A stretch of 64,000 nt of DNA from Ophelia neglecta. Lineage: Eukaryota. Position numbers and translations under genes: made by a program. Under the pieces are notes generated by a model that worked only from the letters and a program-made list of their open reading frames with translations, was not told the origin of the DNA and searched no databases. The DNA is taken from contig OZ260663.1 in NCBI GenBank assembly GCA_965285935.1, positions 76,136,001 to 76,200,000 on the forward strand. Direction: 5' to 3'. Each line of letters opens with the position of its first letter. Position 1 is the stretch's first letter. Of the stretch, positions 25,442-38,800 are shown piece after piece.

Positions 25442-28400
25442 TGCCTCTCAATGTTTGGCCTCCTGCATCCCCTGCGGAGGATCTCCCCACCAACAAGTGC
25501 TGGTGATGAGGCGACCTCCGACCTCTACTGGCACAATCTGCCCTCAATCTGGCCCCGTCTGAACTTACCAAGAACACCAGGCTCGGCAGCACAATGCAAA
25601 GAACCAGTGATTACATGTTGGTGATCAGAGCCGGCCAACCTGCTGCCTCAGATCTCATACAAATCTCCTCACAACCCCTCACCGGGGAGCACAGCCTTAA
25701 TCTGCTGCAATAATTAGCCACACACAGCCTTCTACCTGTAATACCAACTTGGAGAATGACCCTGGCTCTTGTGTGATACCTGTCACTATTGTCTTCTTAT
25801 CACCTGTGACAAAGGCTAAGAACAAGGCGTACACTGGGTGAATGCAAAGGTGTGGGCAAATACAAAAGGTATACCCCCAACCACCACCTGAGAAAGTAGC
25901 TAAACCGCTCCCCCCCCCCTTGGGTTTGAAATGATTCCATCAAATTGAGGTTTGGCAAGAAAAATCATATTTTGACGATAACTCCCCCTGGTGTTGAAAT
26001 CTGGAAGCTCAAGGGCATTCATTAATGACAAAATGAATCTTGAGATCAATGGGCTTCATTAAGAGTTAGATTTCATAAGTACAACCAATTTTACAAGAGA
26101 CAATAGAAATAATGTCAATATATTTCACTAAGATCTCCCTCTGATGGCAGAACTTCAAGGTCAACCATAAAAATAAATTCAAAAGTGCAGGATCAAACAC
26201 TTAATTTGAGTGGTTTGAGATGATTTCATCACAGAATTTGAGAGAAATGCCTTAAAACATAAGTTTAAGCAATAATGCTCCCCCTCCCCCCCCCCCCCCA
26301 TGTCAAAATTTGGAACCTGACAGTTGCGATAATCAAATCAGTTCTAACCCCATTGGTGGTCAATCTGTGTGGCATATATGAAAATACAACATTGCATTTT
26401 GTTCGAGTCATTGCACCAAAACAAAGCATCTGTGGGCGCGGACAAGGTGGGTGGGGGGGGGGGGGCCAAAACAGAATATCCCCGTTGCTTCCGTTTGGGT
26501 ATATAATAAGAGCAGTGAAAGGCATAAATGGCTGCCACTTATGGGTGCTCTTTTAAGACATAAAGACCTTCCGCCAGACTAAGTCACCGCATCTTGACTT
26601 GTCTACAGCATCAGCAGGTTGATTGTTAGAAGAAAAGTAACAGACCTTTGTATGCTTCTTTTGCCTCTCAAGACAATGTGGTTGCCTCCAGCCTCATACA
26701 GGGGCCTTTGTCACTTTAATGTCAGGAGATTTAAGCAATCGGGAACCTACGCAAACCAACAAGACCCCACTGCAGCCCACTGATGACTCGGAAGCATCCA
26801 CAAATTTGTGGAAATGGAAGTTTTGACAATCTGATTTGGGTGATTATCTGATAATAACCTGTTATTGCGAATTAGATGACTTTTCATTGGTCGCGTGGCA
26901 AAAGACCTGATTGCACGTAATATCAAATAGAATATGATGGGATCTGGTAATGAGGACAGCCATCTTGAGGCATTATTAAATGCAGGCACAAGTTCATGCT
27001 CTTGTAAATAGCCTGCCATTTTAATGGAGGCCAGAAAGGCCAGGAGCAAGGCATTTACTACTTATGACTGAAATCTAATAGCTTTTGCAGCAATCACACT
27101 CACTGGCATGGGCAATACATGTACAGCCACTTTGTCCAGCAAGACACAACATATTAAACCTTAAGACAGAGTTTTTTTGGTCAAGTAATTCTTGAATAAT
27201 ATTTGCATCTCAAGTGTCGCCATGTTTGCTCTCCTGCTCAACTTTACAAGTAACTTGTGCTGATGAAAGTATTTAACTGGAGACACTCTCGGCATAAGAA
27301 ACACTGTGACTGAGACATGTCAAAACTTTGACTGGATGTTTTCAACTGGAAAAGAGGCAATGACAAACCAAGACAATATGTCTATTGTTTTATATATAAA
27401 CAACTATCCCCTTACAGGAGCACAAATGTACATATAGCGCAGCCCACTCTAGTCATGGAAAAAAGCCCAAATGAACAATCATCTCCCTTTCAATGTTTTG
27501 TGAGACTAGGGAAGGGGTGCAGACATCATAATAGGGATTTTTGTCATCTTCATCACCAGCTAATTAACTGTGAGAGAGATTTATGTTCCGCAGAGAAAAA
27601 AGCTCAACACAGTTTATCCTCCATCATTAACTGAACAAATGAGCAGAAAAGATATCACTAATTATACACAATTCATTAAGCCACCTCAAAGAGCCCTCAC
27701 AATCAACAGATCTGCCGACTACAAATCATGACAGATGATGTGGAGAAAAACATGGACAAAAACTCCATCAAAGACGAGGTCACGAGGCAAACAACGTGGC
27801 CACAATGAAAAAAGTGTGGGGACTAAAGTCATTAAGCCTGGAGAATAAAAAATGAAGGGCTGGGAAATATGATAAACGAGATGGTAGGACAAATGATCCA
27901 AGTGGAGGCAGAAATCACAGTCCTCTTTAGCTTGGGAACATAAAATCCATATCAATCATGTGTCCTGTGTGTTCCGCTGACAATTATCAGGCTTGGAGAT
28001 TAAAACACATCTTGACCTATGCATAATTAGGCAAAATCCTCCCACAAGACAAGGCCCTGATGATAATCACCAGCACCTACATATACATCCTGACTAGCTG
28101 AGGTTTGTCTGCTACATGGCTAGAGGCTGCCCATCTATCATATGCTGACATATGATATAATTTGAATATAAAGTGTTTCTAAAGGCTGTCATCAGTGTTG
28201 GGGCTAAGAAAATTGGATGAAATTCATCGCAACTTGTTGGAAATTGCAAATATGCCCCAAATGAGAAGTGCGGCCGGCCAGACAAGCCTGAATTAAGACA
28301 GTTGCCGATATTCTGGAAAGAAGGAGGGGTCCCTCATGAGCCCCGAACTACATGGCAGAAAGATAACTGATTGCCCAGACTTAAGACAAAGAGGGCATCA

Positions 28401-31400
28401 AATTTGGCATTATCTATACAGAATAGCAAATCAGTGGAGGAATGCCAAACCCGTGGCCAGTCCATGTACAGGCGTGGTGCTGTGCCGGCCTCCACAGAAT
28501 CCTCCCAAACCTGCCTGGAAGGGCCCAACAATAAGCAGTGCCCGCCTTGGGGAAAGCCCACACATTATCTGTACAGATGAACGTTATGGATTATTATACA
28601 GAGGCCATGTGCACTGTGTGCAGATATGTGGTCATACACAGCCTGAAAAGAATGTGCAGCCGCACAGAGAAGGAGTGTTAGCTTTTCGCTGGGTGCTTGA
28701 ACTAATTAAACTAGAGAGGCCAAGTTCAAGAGGAGTCTGCCAAGGCATGCTCCTCATACATGTTGAGGGGCAATATTGGGCAATCTTAACAAATCAAAAA
28801 CAGGTGTAATATGTGCATACTCCCATTCAGGGCCATAGGGGCTGACCGAACACCAACAAGTGTGAATAAATAAGAACTAGCACTGGGTCACTACTGACTA
28901 ATACAAGTGGGATATGGCTGGGTGTTAAAATGGTCTATCCATGTCTGTTATCCATCACTGAAGTTCAACTCCTTCTTTTCTCATTGCACACTGACATAAA
29001 GTGATTATACTTGCTTGCATATCACAGGAAGTCTGTGCAATTAAATGGTGAGGTTGGCACCTTTTCAATAGCACCACTTCTCTGCCTTCCCTATGGACTC
29101 TATCAATAGGAACCATCACTTCCCAGTATTATTTCTCTTTCATACGACCTCCTCGACCAATACACAAAACAACACCTGCCTACCCAGCTGAGAATAATAT
29201 AATTTGCTGATATTCCTGTGTAATATATGGGAGAGAATAGGCCAAACTAATGGCAAGGCTAAACATAGCACCTATACAGTAATTATTAAGGCTAGTCTAG
29301 CCATAGAAAAGAAGATTTGACTGATTTCTTGTTCAATATTAGGTGACTAATGAATAGCCTGACTCATTATGAGAGGATATTGTTGCTTGCTTTCTAAAGA
29401 TGATCATGGAAATCTGCCTCAACCATGCAGGGACATGTCCTGTGTTGTGCCACAACCTTCAGCCTTTATTTCATTTATAAAACTCATCAGAAAAGTAGGA
29501 TGTACTGTCAGAGAGACTCATCATCCAGCTTTCTGCACAAATTAATGCCACGCCAAACAAACATTACACAGTTTAGGTCATACCATCCATGGCACCTGGG
29601 CTAAGCCATCATTCTTTTAACAAAATTACATTTTTTGTTTTGCTGTCAGCTATTGTGTGGCAGAATATACCATGACATCAATTATCACAGCTTGACCAGG
29701 CCTTTTATGCCCAAAGGTTTGAATTTTTGAGCCGCGAAAGAACAAAACCTCTCCAAATCATTACACATGAGGGTAAATGCCTCTCTTGGCTTATAATTAT
29801 TTCACCGTGCACTCTTGCTTTCAAACAATAATTATTGTAGGCAAAGTAATGTATTGGGCTCATGACCTCTCAGTCCTACCTTATCAAAGTGGAAATACAA
29901 AAATTAATTGGAACCCTATGCTCCTGGCATTATAATTAACAGAAATATTTCATGGGCACTTCGTGCTTTATAATTATAATACCCACCACCATCTATTCAC
30001 CACTCTCACTGTGGTATGTATTTTGCCATTAATTATTTGAATTTATTCCCCAATATTACTGTATAATTAAGACAAGCTGTGGACAAAAACTGCACTACTT
30101 TGATGTATGTAGATTAAAAGCAGAAAACTGTAGCAGGCTACACCATAAAACACATGGTGAGCCCTGCCATATTCCATTTGTCAGCCAGAGAACATGGGAG
30201 CGATTATAGGTTTAATTGTATTTTCTATTAATTTTGAATCCACTTAACTTAGCTTTTCCTGATGGAGAATGGACGCTAATGACTTTGGTAATTACAAGAA
30301 CACCTGAGCTACATTATTCGCAGGCGGCTATGGAAAACTTTATCCTGAAATTAATTGCCAACTATTACACACTCATGGTATAATAGGGAAAAGAGAAAAT
30401 GATTAAAGCTACTTTCACTAAGCTGTAAGCATTTGATCACTGTACAACTTGTAGTACTCACATGGGCTTTGTTCTTGCTACACCACTTTTACTGTGTCAT
30501 AATTAATAAATGGCCTAAATCATTGAGCTGACCACAACCTAGAACTCACCCCTGTAGGCTAGTATTTCCATTGTTTTCCACAGGCTGTTGCCAACAACGA
30601 CTCACAAATCTATCATTCACTCATATAATCACCAATTGTTTCAGCCTAGAAATGCTTGAGGCAATTGTTAGGAGCTCAAATTGCCTCTTTGGTTTTTATA
30701 CCTTTTCATAATTACCACTACCAGGGTTTTAACCAAACACTTTTCTCCTTAAACCAGGTACATAACACTTGATCATATGTTTTCCTAATCCCTACAGCAG
30801 AATAAAAATATTTGTCATCATATTAAATTCAATCTAAAAACAAAAGTAATCTCTAGTATGATTAACACTTAAAGAAAGTGCTTGGCATTACACCAGCAAG
30901 CTAAATGTTGTTATACACTTTAACAGTACTGTTTTATTTTCATCCTAATATAACTGTGCTTGTATTTCTACTTAAGTTGGCTAAATAAAACTCCAGGTAA
31001 TTAGCAGAGCACAATGGATGTAGGCTGATTGTAATATTATATCAAGGCAGGGATTTGACATTGGAAACTGTGTAATATAACAGAACTCAAGTCACATGCA
31101 ATGAACAAAGTAATTTAACATTAATTAATTTGGTTTTAATCTTAGGTTCACGAAAAAGTCTATTTCTGGCACTTGAGATGTAATGTTTTCTTGAACCCAA
31201 TTAATCTTGATTGAAATTTTTCAGTAATGGTGCCAAAAACTTCCTTTTTAATTGACACTAGGGAAACATTCCCAACATGCATATACCCGGTGAGATTCCA
31301 CGTCATCCTGACCTTTGAATTGTTATCCAATCTTACGATTCATTATCAAGAACAAAACTTGCATAACAACCCATTCCTTTCACACTGCAATGGCACATTC

Positions 31401-34400
31401 ATTTAAGTCTATTTTAATTTCTTGTCCCATACAAAGAATTGTGGCCAGCCAGTCCAAGTGCCCTCCTCACCACTTGTTAAACAAATACTAAAGTTTGTTC
31501 CTATCCAGCTAGTCTCTTCTCAATAATAGAGACAACCAACAACCAACCAACCAACAAGCTCTAATCTTTCCTATGAACAACTAATTTGACCTATTCAATT
31601 TCCATGTGCACTCAAGTTAAATCACAGTTAAGCTGTGGTTGTTGGGCAGTGGTCAGTTCACTTGATACTTCAGGAGATGGGGTAGTGTGCTGGGGAGTGC
31701 TGCAGGGGATGACAACTTAACATGCTGGAGTCCTCTGGGCTATCAGACACACGGCTGTGATTGGTGTGGAGTGAGATCATGCTGTAACTGCCATTGTGGC
31801 AGGCTCAATGCCCTCCGAGCCTGCCTAACCTGATGTAAGCTGTGATGTAAGGACAGTTCAGCAGACAAACATTCCACTACAATTTCCTGACAACTTTAGA
31901 CAATAGCACCTGCTCATTGTGGCTTTGTGCTGTGGTTGGCGGCTCTTCTTTCCCTATTCTTCCCCAGGACATACCAAAAGACTAGATACCGGGAGACTGG
32001 CACAAAATGCCGGTTTCCTTGACAGCAAGTGGGCAGTCAATGAACATTAATCTGACAGTACTGGACTCCCTCTTTCCTCAGCATATGGTGCAATTTGTAT
32101 AGATGTGGTCTATAGCTTTATAACACATGGGCAAAAAAACACCTTCTCTATTCTATGATGCATGGGTAATAAATCCAAATTATTGGTTGGAAAAGTAAGA
32201 TTTATAAGTTGAACAAATTCTCTGAAATTGGGCCTTTTTTAGCATTTCAATCCGTCTGCATTATAGCCATATTGGAGTATTATCATATGTGGAGATAGCA
32301 TGACTGGAGTTTGTTGTAAATAGCATGTCCTGAGCCCATCAGGGAGGGCAGGCCCCTCATGCTGGTGTGATGAAGATTTACTGACCTGCACACATGTATC
32401 ATCCTATCTGTCCAAGAAGCATCAGAATTAAACGTTGTGAAATGTGTTCTTGGGCAGGGATTACTGTCATGCAAGGTGTCAAATGAGGCACAATTTATGT
32501 GCAATTCCAGTGCCCATGGTGCCTCCTTTCAAATACAGTCTCAATTGCAGCCATAATGACATTAGACTCAGGTGTAAGAGAGAAGACTGCTGCATGCAAC
32601 CCCAAAGCCCATGTCCATGATGTCACACTGCCTGCAAGCTACTTCAGCACAAGTATATATAACAACAGTCTATTTATTGGAAATAAACGTGTACAAAATC
32701 TGTAAATACAGAGTACAGGTCCATAAAAAATTAATAATATCTAATCTCAAAGTGAACAATAAACATACAGCCAGTTGACTCTATGACCTTGAAGTAAGCC
32801 TAAGAGGCAGAAAGGTTCATATGCTGCTCAGGAGACCTAACCTTCAAGTTTTGTGCCCTTTAAAAGTCAGACAAGGCAGTGGCAAGCGTCTATACTATGA
32901 TAGTAAGTCTGGTAGTGGCCGTAGTAGAGTGGAGTAACGGGGAAAGGTAGTTCGCAGGTTGATTTAGGGCCACCTATTGAACCAGGTTACATCCATGCCG
33001 TGTCTGACATGTGCGGCAAGCAGCCCGAGACACCCGACAAAACCAACCAAAAGAATGACGGGACAATTTTGTGAATGAATGCAGAGAGAGTGAAGGAAGA
33101 AAGGTTGCTGGCGGAGAGCTCACAAGGCGAGTACCATGTCTGGCTGGCTGGCAGTCACCTCTCCATGAATGAGTTACTGTGAAGGAGAGGGAGCTGGCCT
33201 CCTGGTTGGCTGCATGCTTTTTGTACATATTTCACTTTGCCTCAAACTGTCAGGACTAACCAATCCCAACACAGGACAAGTGAAGCTCTTGAGGGACCAT
33301 TTTACATTCCAGGCGAGAAGTTTCCCACCAATTAATTTTAACTTTTTACTTGAGAATATTTACAATTTTAAGACAACAATGCCAAGAGAGTAAACAACGC
33401 TCTGATTGCCACAGTATATACCCTGAAAGCGTCTGCTGATCTATTAGCTGAAAGAGCCACCTTTATTTCATTCAAAGGAGGGAGAGAGGTATACATGTAG
33501 AGGACCGGCCCCAGCTCTCAATGAACTGCTACCATCACTTATCTCACACCATAGGTGGAGAACAAATCCTGGCAATGCCTTCCTCCACAGATATTGTGAG
33601 CCGCCTTTGAGAAGCGTTCACACTTTGTCAGCTTTACAGGCCAAGCCCAGCAAGAAAAGAACATCAATATCTCTGGGAGCTTCCTGCTCGGACCACGCCA
33701 GATGATCAGCACAAGATCGACAGATCACTAACAACATGTGTTTTGTTTGGCTCACAACTGAAACAGCTACCACCCAGCTTTAGGCTAACAAAATAGCAGC
33801 ATCATGACTAGCAATGGTTAGGTCCACATCTTACTGGTCAGCCATCTTTACCATGACTTCTCCATGCCAGGTAGACATATCTGATAGACAGCTATCATCC
33901 CTTGGTTTACAGACACGTTTTTGGGACCTACACACTACTATACAGTTACGTAGTCCTGATTTTTACAGGGAGTGAGGTGAATAGGTTGAAAAAAACCTCT
34001 GCCTTGCAGATATCTAACTAGACAAAAACTGCGACAGGGTAACCCCAGTGTGTATCTTTCTGAGAACATGAGATGTAATGGTTTTGGCTGCACCAGACAT
34101 GTACTAGCTGGGCCACAGCCAACTACATACACACCTATCATATACACCTATATATCTTATACACTAGCAGATTAAAAAATATATATAAACACAAGCTCCT
34201 CCAGCCGGCTGACAGGCAAAGGGACCAAGTAATCAGAGACAATTAATACCATTTCTCATACGGGTGACTTGAATAACATTAATAAAGCTGATAAGACAAG
34301 CCATGACATCTACTTTTAGGTGTTCGGCAGTCCCAATTACCTGTGGTTTTAGGCCAAAGCTTAGTGTCTATCAGAAGTCTACTTGATTTTTAATTACCCA

Positions 34401-35822
34401 CAGCACTTCCCTCTCACACCCTACAGCTGAGTATTATACGGTTTGGCTGATAAGACATGCAGAATGGTAATAAACCTAACTGGTAAACACCCAGTTTGTT
34501 CTCATAGCAGACCCACATGGTAAACCATGCCATCAAGAACTCTCTCTTACTAGCATTCCTAGGTGGTCACGATGAACATCATTAATTTTGAGGAGTGATA
34601 TTCCATCTCACCTGGACACTGTGTTCATACATACATGTACATGTATGGCCAAGGTCAAGCTTTTGGCGCTCTTTCTGCTAAGCTTGTTACAGTACAGGGC
34701 CCCCCATGTAGTAAGCAGCCTTACATGTAGTAGAAGCAGTGATCAATGGTTAACAAGTTAACTGGTGTTTAAGACTTTCTCCTGGTAGTACAAGAGCCAC
34801 AGACTCACCTGTATCTGCATGCCAGTGCAGATCACTTGTCACCGACAGAGAGGTGTTAGTCCACTGCCCCGCCTGAACTGAATGGCTAGGCCGGGCCCTC
34901 ACTGAATGTCTTGTCACTCTGAGTACCAGTCACTTATCTGTGAACCCTGCGTAATTACCAGCCTTATTTGTTCAAACTTCGCAGCAATTTTAATTGGCGG
35001 CCCAAAATGTATGCATACTGGCAATTCAGCATGCTGTCATAAAGGAATAAATCACCTCTAATTATGGTGGGCCAAAGCCGCAAGAATAATACATACATGA
35101 CTAAAGAACAATAAAGCCATACAGTCGGCCTGGGTGCCGCACTAATGCAGACCTGATCCCAAAATTAACGCTTATCAAAGAGCTATTAGTTAGAATCAAA
35201 CAGGTCTATATGTGTGTGCAGAAGAACAGTTTGAACAGAACTTACCTGCTTCGAATGCATTAGCACTAACAACTATACTCCACAAAGCTAACAGAAAAAT
35301 CCCAGGCGGGGTCGCAAGTAATCACTTTGTTCAAGTCTATCGGTTATTAGTGAGATTCATCAAGATTTAATATGTGTACAGCTACAAAGTTGACATACAT
35401 CCATGCCGATCCCATTTACCTCTTGCTATTGACCGATACCCTTTGGTCAGTCTGATTACCAGCACGCCCATCTACTGGCTCTAATTGCGCAGAGCTGGAG
35501 GTGGACAAAAAGTTGATAATGAGTGGCTTAATTATGGCCAGGTAAGGGCCAGGTAAGCGTGGGTAACTGTGTAGGTGATAAGGCCTGCCTGGCAGCATAA
35601 CGTCCATGTGTACACAGATAACCGCCAAGCTCCATGCGTTCTCTCATGTTGACCAATGACCGACTGCGTCAAGCCACTTGGCACAGCTGACTACAATGAT
35701 ACCTATAACCAGACAGCAGAGAGAAAACACTGACCCTCCACTGTTGTAAGGCGGCCAGTGAGGAAGGTGCCGGGTGATAATTACTGGCCACTACCCACTA
35801 CTGCTAACTAAACCCGCTTCCT

Positions 35823-35856
35823 GGTGATCCCAAGCCCCGGTGATCCCAAGCCCCGG
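35823..35856. repeat. 16-bp tandem duplication
   Basis: ggtgatcccaagcccc x2. Confidence 0.85.
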
Positions 35857-38800
35857 CTCTATCCTCTCTCAATACATGAACATGTACATGGAAATCAAGG
35901 CGCAAAACTTCATTATTTATTACATGGCCATTCAGGCCATAATGAGGCATTTATCACATTGCTCTTCCAAATGAACTTTTGCATATTATGATTTCTATTG
36001 GAAAGATTATGAGTGATAGGTAGCGAGGGGAGTTGCCCGCCCTCCAACAATACTTATTTGTCAAGTGAGCAGTTTTGCATTATGTAAAGTTTGATCAGTG
36101 AGAGCTTTCAGAGGGCGAGCTATCCTTAATTGTTCATGTACCATTACGAGGCCCAAAGACAGAGCCTACTAATCAAATTGCTCTGGGCCGGCCTGGGTGC
36201 CCTAATGATGATAAATGTAATGCAAACATTTCCCAGAAATATAATGCCATGCAATCATTGGGATTAGAAATTCTCTTTTTTGTCAGCCCGAATGCCAGAG
36301 CACATTAAAGCAGCCAACCAGGCTAAAATTTCCACCATATTATCTTCCATATGCAAGAGGGCCATGGGCAGGGGCCGGTGATCATTCACTTGTGAGTATG
36401 GCAAGTCGAAAGTATTATAACATGCGATGAATTAAAGAGCATCAATACGAGGCTCCACCCGAGAGAGGCCTCATTCCACCACAGAAATGACATTCATTGT
36501 CTTGAGCTAAAGCGGCACCCAGACACATGTCTTGGCCGGGGCTTTTAGGCAGATTGCAAAGGTCCCAGTGTCAAAACACTGACGCTGATATTATTAAGCT
36601 AGTTAGGGCATGTGCAAGATGATGTCTCGGATGCAGCTGATATTAGCCACAAGTCTGCTCTTTAACACATACATTTTCCTACAATTTCAAGTGACATGCC
36701 ATTAAGTGATGTAGCTCTATTTACAATAATAAGCAATGCTGTACAGCCAGTGAAACAGGCACACTTTTGTTTTGACACCTCAATATACTATATTGCACAG
36801 TATTAATAATAAATAATATAGGTAATAAAATATTAATTGTATTGCCACCTATATTGTAATATATGATCACAACTGGATTCATTTTGCTTAGCAATACAAA
36901 CTATTCTATTGGTTAACCAGCTGGTAACTTGTAGTAGTTCAGTTAATTGGAGTAAAATTGAGTGGGATAGCATTCTCAAGGGTACAATCACATAAAGGCA
37001 TGAAGGGGCCAATTTTCTGTTCACCCCCTATGGAGCAAAATATTTTACCCTAATATGGTGCTTTTTCAAGGTGGACTGAGTTTCACGTCTATTTTCTCCC
37101 AATCAATCTGAATAGGCCACAGGTAAATGACAACACCCTATTAATTTGACATAAATTTGCGCCACTGACTTGGCTGATTTGCCACCTATTCAACAGGACT
37201 GGCTATCACAATGTGGGCTTCCACAGGGTAGAGGGGGGAAGGGGCCTGCCTGTCAATGCTGATGGGCCCCCAGCCCAGCGCTGAGGGCACATTACGAAGA
37301 CCAAAACAAAGAGCTCTATCTCTAAGACAATCACAGGGCAAGAAGTCAGCGCCAAGACGGTCCTCTCCCACTAGTCCATTGTACATAAATCATCCAAACG
37401 AGTCTCGCTAGACTAACTCTCCTCTCGCACAAGGCTAGGACAATCAAATACAATCCAATATACAAGCCAATTTCTTTATAGGCAGCACTTTCAATACAAA
37501 CTGTTGTTTGAACCTGTTCCCTTTCAGTGGCTAATGGAAAACAAGCAAGAAATTGATAGTACTCCAACACTTCTACACCCTCTCACTCCCTCCAGCTTGG
37601 GATGCTGTTCAGGCCTGACTTTTATATCAGGTGCATAAAAATTAGATTTGACAAAAGAAGTCCAGTTGTTATCACTGCTACCTGATGTGGTGTTGAATAA
37701 ACCCTGCCTTCTGTCGAGCACACAGTACAAACAACTTCTTTATAGGCGTCTTTACTAAAATTAGGGGACATGGCCTCCACAACTTGTTAAGGAGAGATAT
37801 ACATGGTGAGAAGGCTTTTGAAAGTCAGCTACATGTCCCCAGTGAAAGGCTCTAACCTGGGTACTAATTTCTAATCAATCCCACATCAAGGGCAAAGATA
37901 TCAAACTGCGAATTTAACTGTTTCTTGGGCACCATCAGGACAATGGGCAAATACCCTAAAACTGGGAGCTGACTTCACTGAAGAAGTCAGTTTTTGGTAG
38001 CATCATCAATCATTTCATTTAAAAGCAGCCAAAAAGGATAGTAACACCCTCGACTGCAGTCAAGTGTCTCATATTTAGGTAATGAAATTAAGCATTAAAC
38101 ACAGGCAGAAATGAATCATTCAATGTTATTGAGTTCAAGACAACAATCTGATGAGTGTCTCTCTTTTTAAAATGAAATTAAAATATTAAGTTTCTCGCCT
38201 CAGCCTTCACTTGTCACCATGGAAAAATCCAAACAGCACTTTTAAGTGTCAGGTGCTTATAAGTCAAACCTCCCTTAAGCCATTCTTCTCAGAAGCATTC
38301 GTTTCTTAAAAATGGTGTCATATCATTCATTCAATTCATATTTTGTACACCATTCCCACTCAGTTTCCAATCAAACTATGAGTAATGTTAATTTGAGCAA
38401 AACCAAAAACCTGAATAAATGTGACTAGAGGGAGATACACATGATTAAGTGCACCTTTACATTGGCAGATTGTGTCTTTTCACAACTAATCTTTTTCAAG
38501 GGTGATTTTTCATGTGTGCATTGTTGAGATGGCTTCATATTATTCGTCAGAGCGTTGTCGGAACTTGGTTGTTATTGTGGCACAGGGCCGTACATAAGCA
38601 TGTGAAAGCGGCACCAATTAGCCACAAAACTTTCAAAAAAGTCATTAGTATCTCATCGCAAATGTTGACGATTTCACTGTGACGCATATTATTTTCATCA
38701 GCCACAAATCATAGAAATTGAATCAGGCCAGTATTCATTATACAGTCTGAGCTTTAAATGACACCGACTGGTGAGTTTTGGTAACCTTCCAAAAATCTTT

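Noticed and set aside
28336-28809. 157-aa ORF
   Set aside because: No recognisable motif or codon bias; the length is compatible with chance in 64 kb.
29455-29500. Minus-strand CTGATGA-gttttataaat-GAAA as a hammerhead ribozyme
   Set aside because: Stem II is weak, and no stem I or III partner or cleavage triplet could be found.
35126-36207. Repeated cggcctgggtgcc followed by ctaatg at 35126 and 36189
   Set aside because: Dozens of chance 13-mer pairs are expected in 64 kb, and the flanks do not align.
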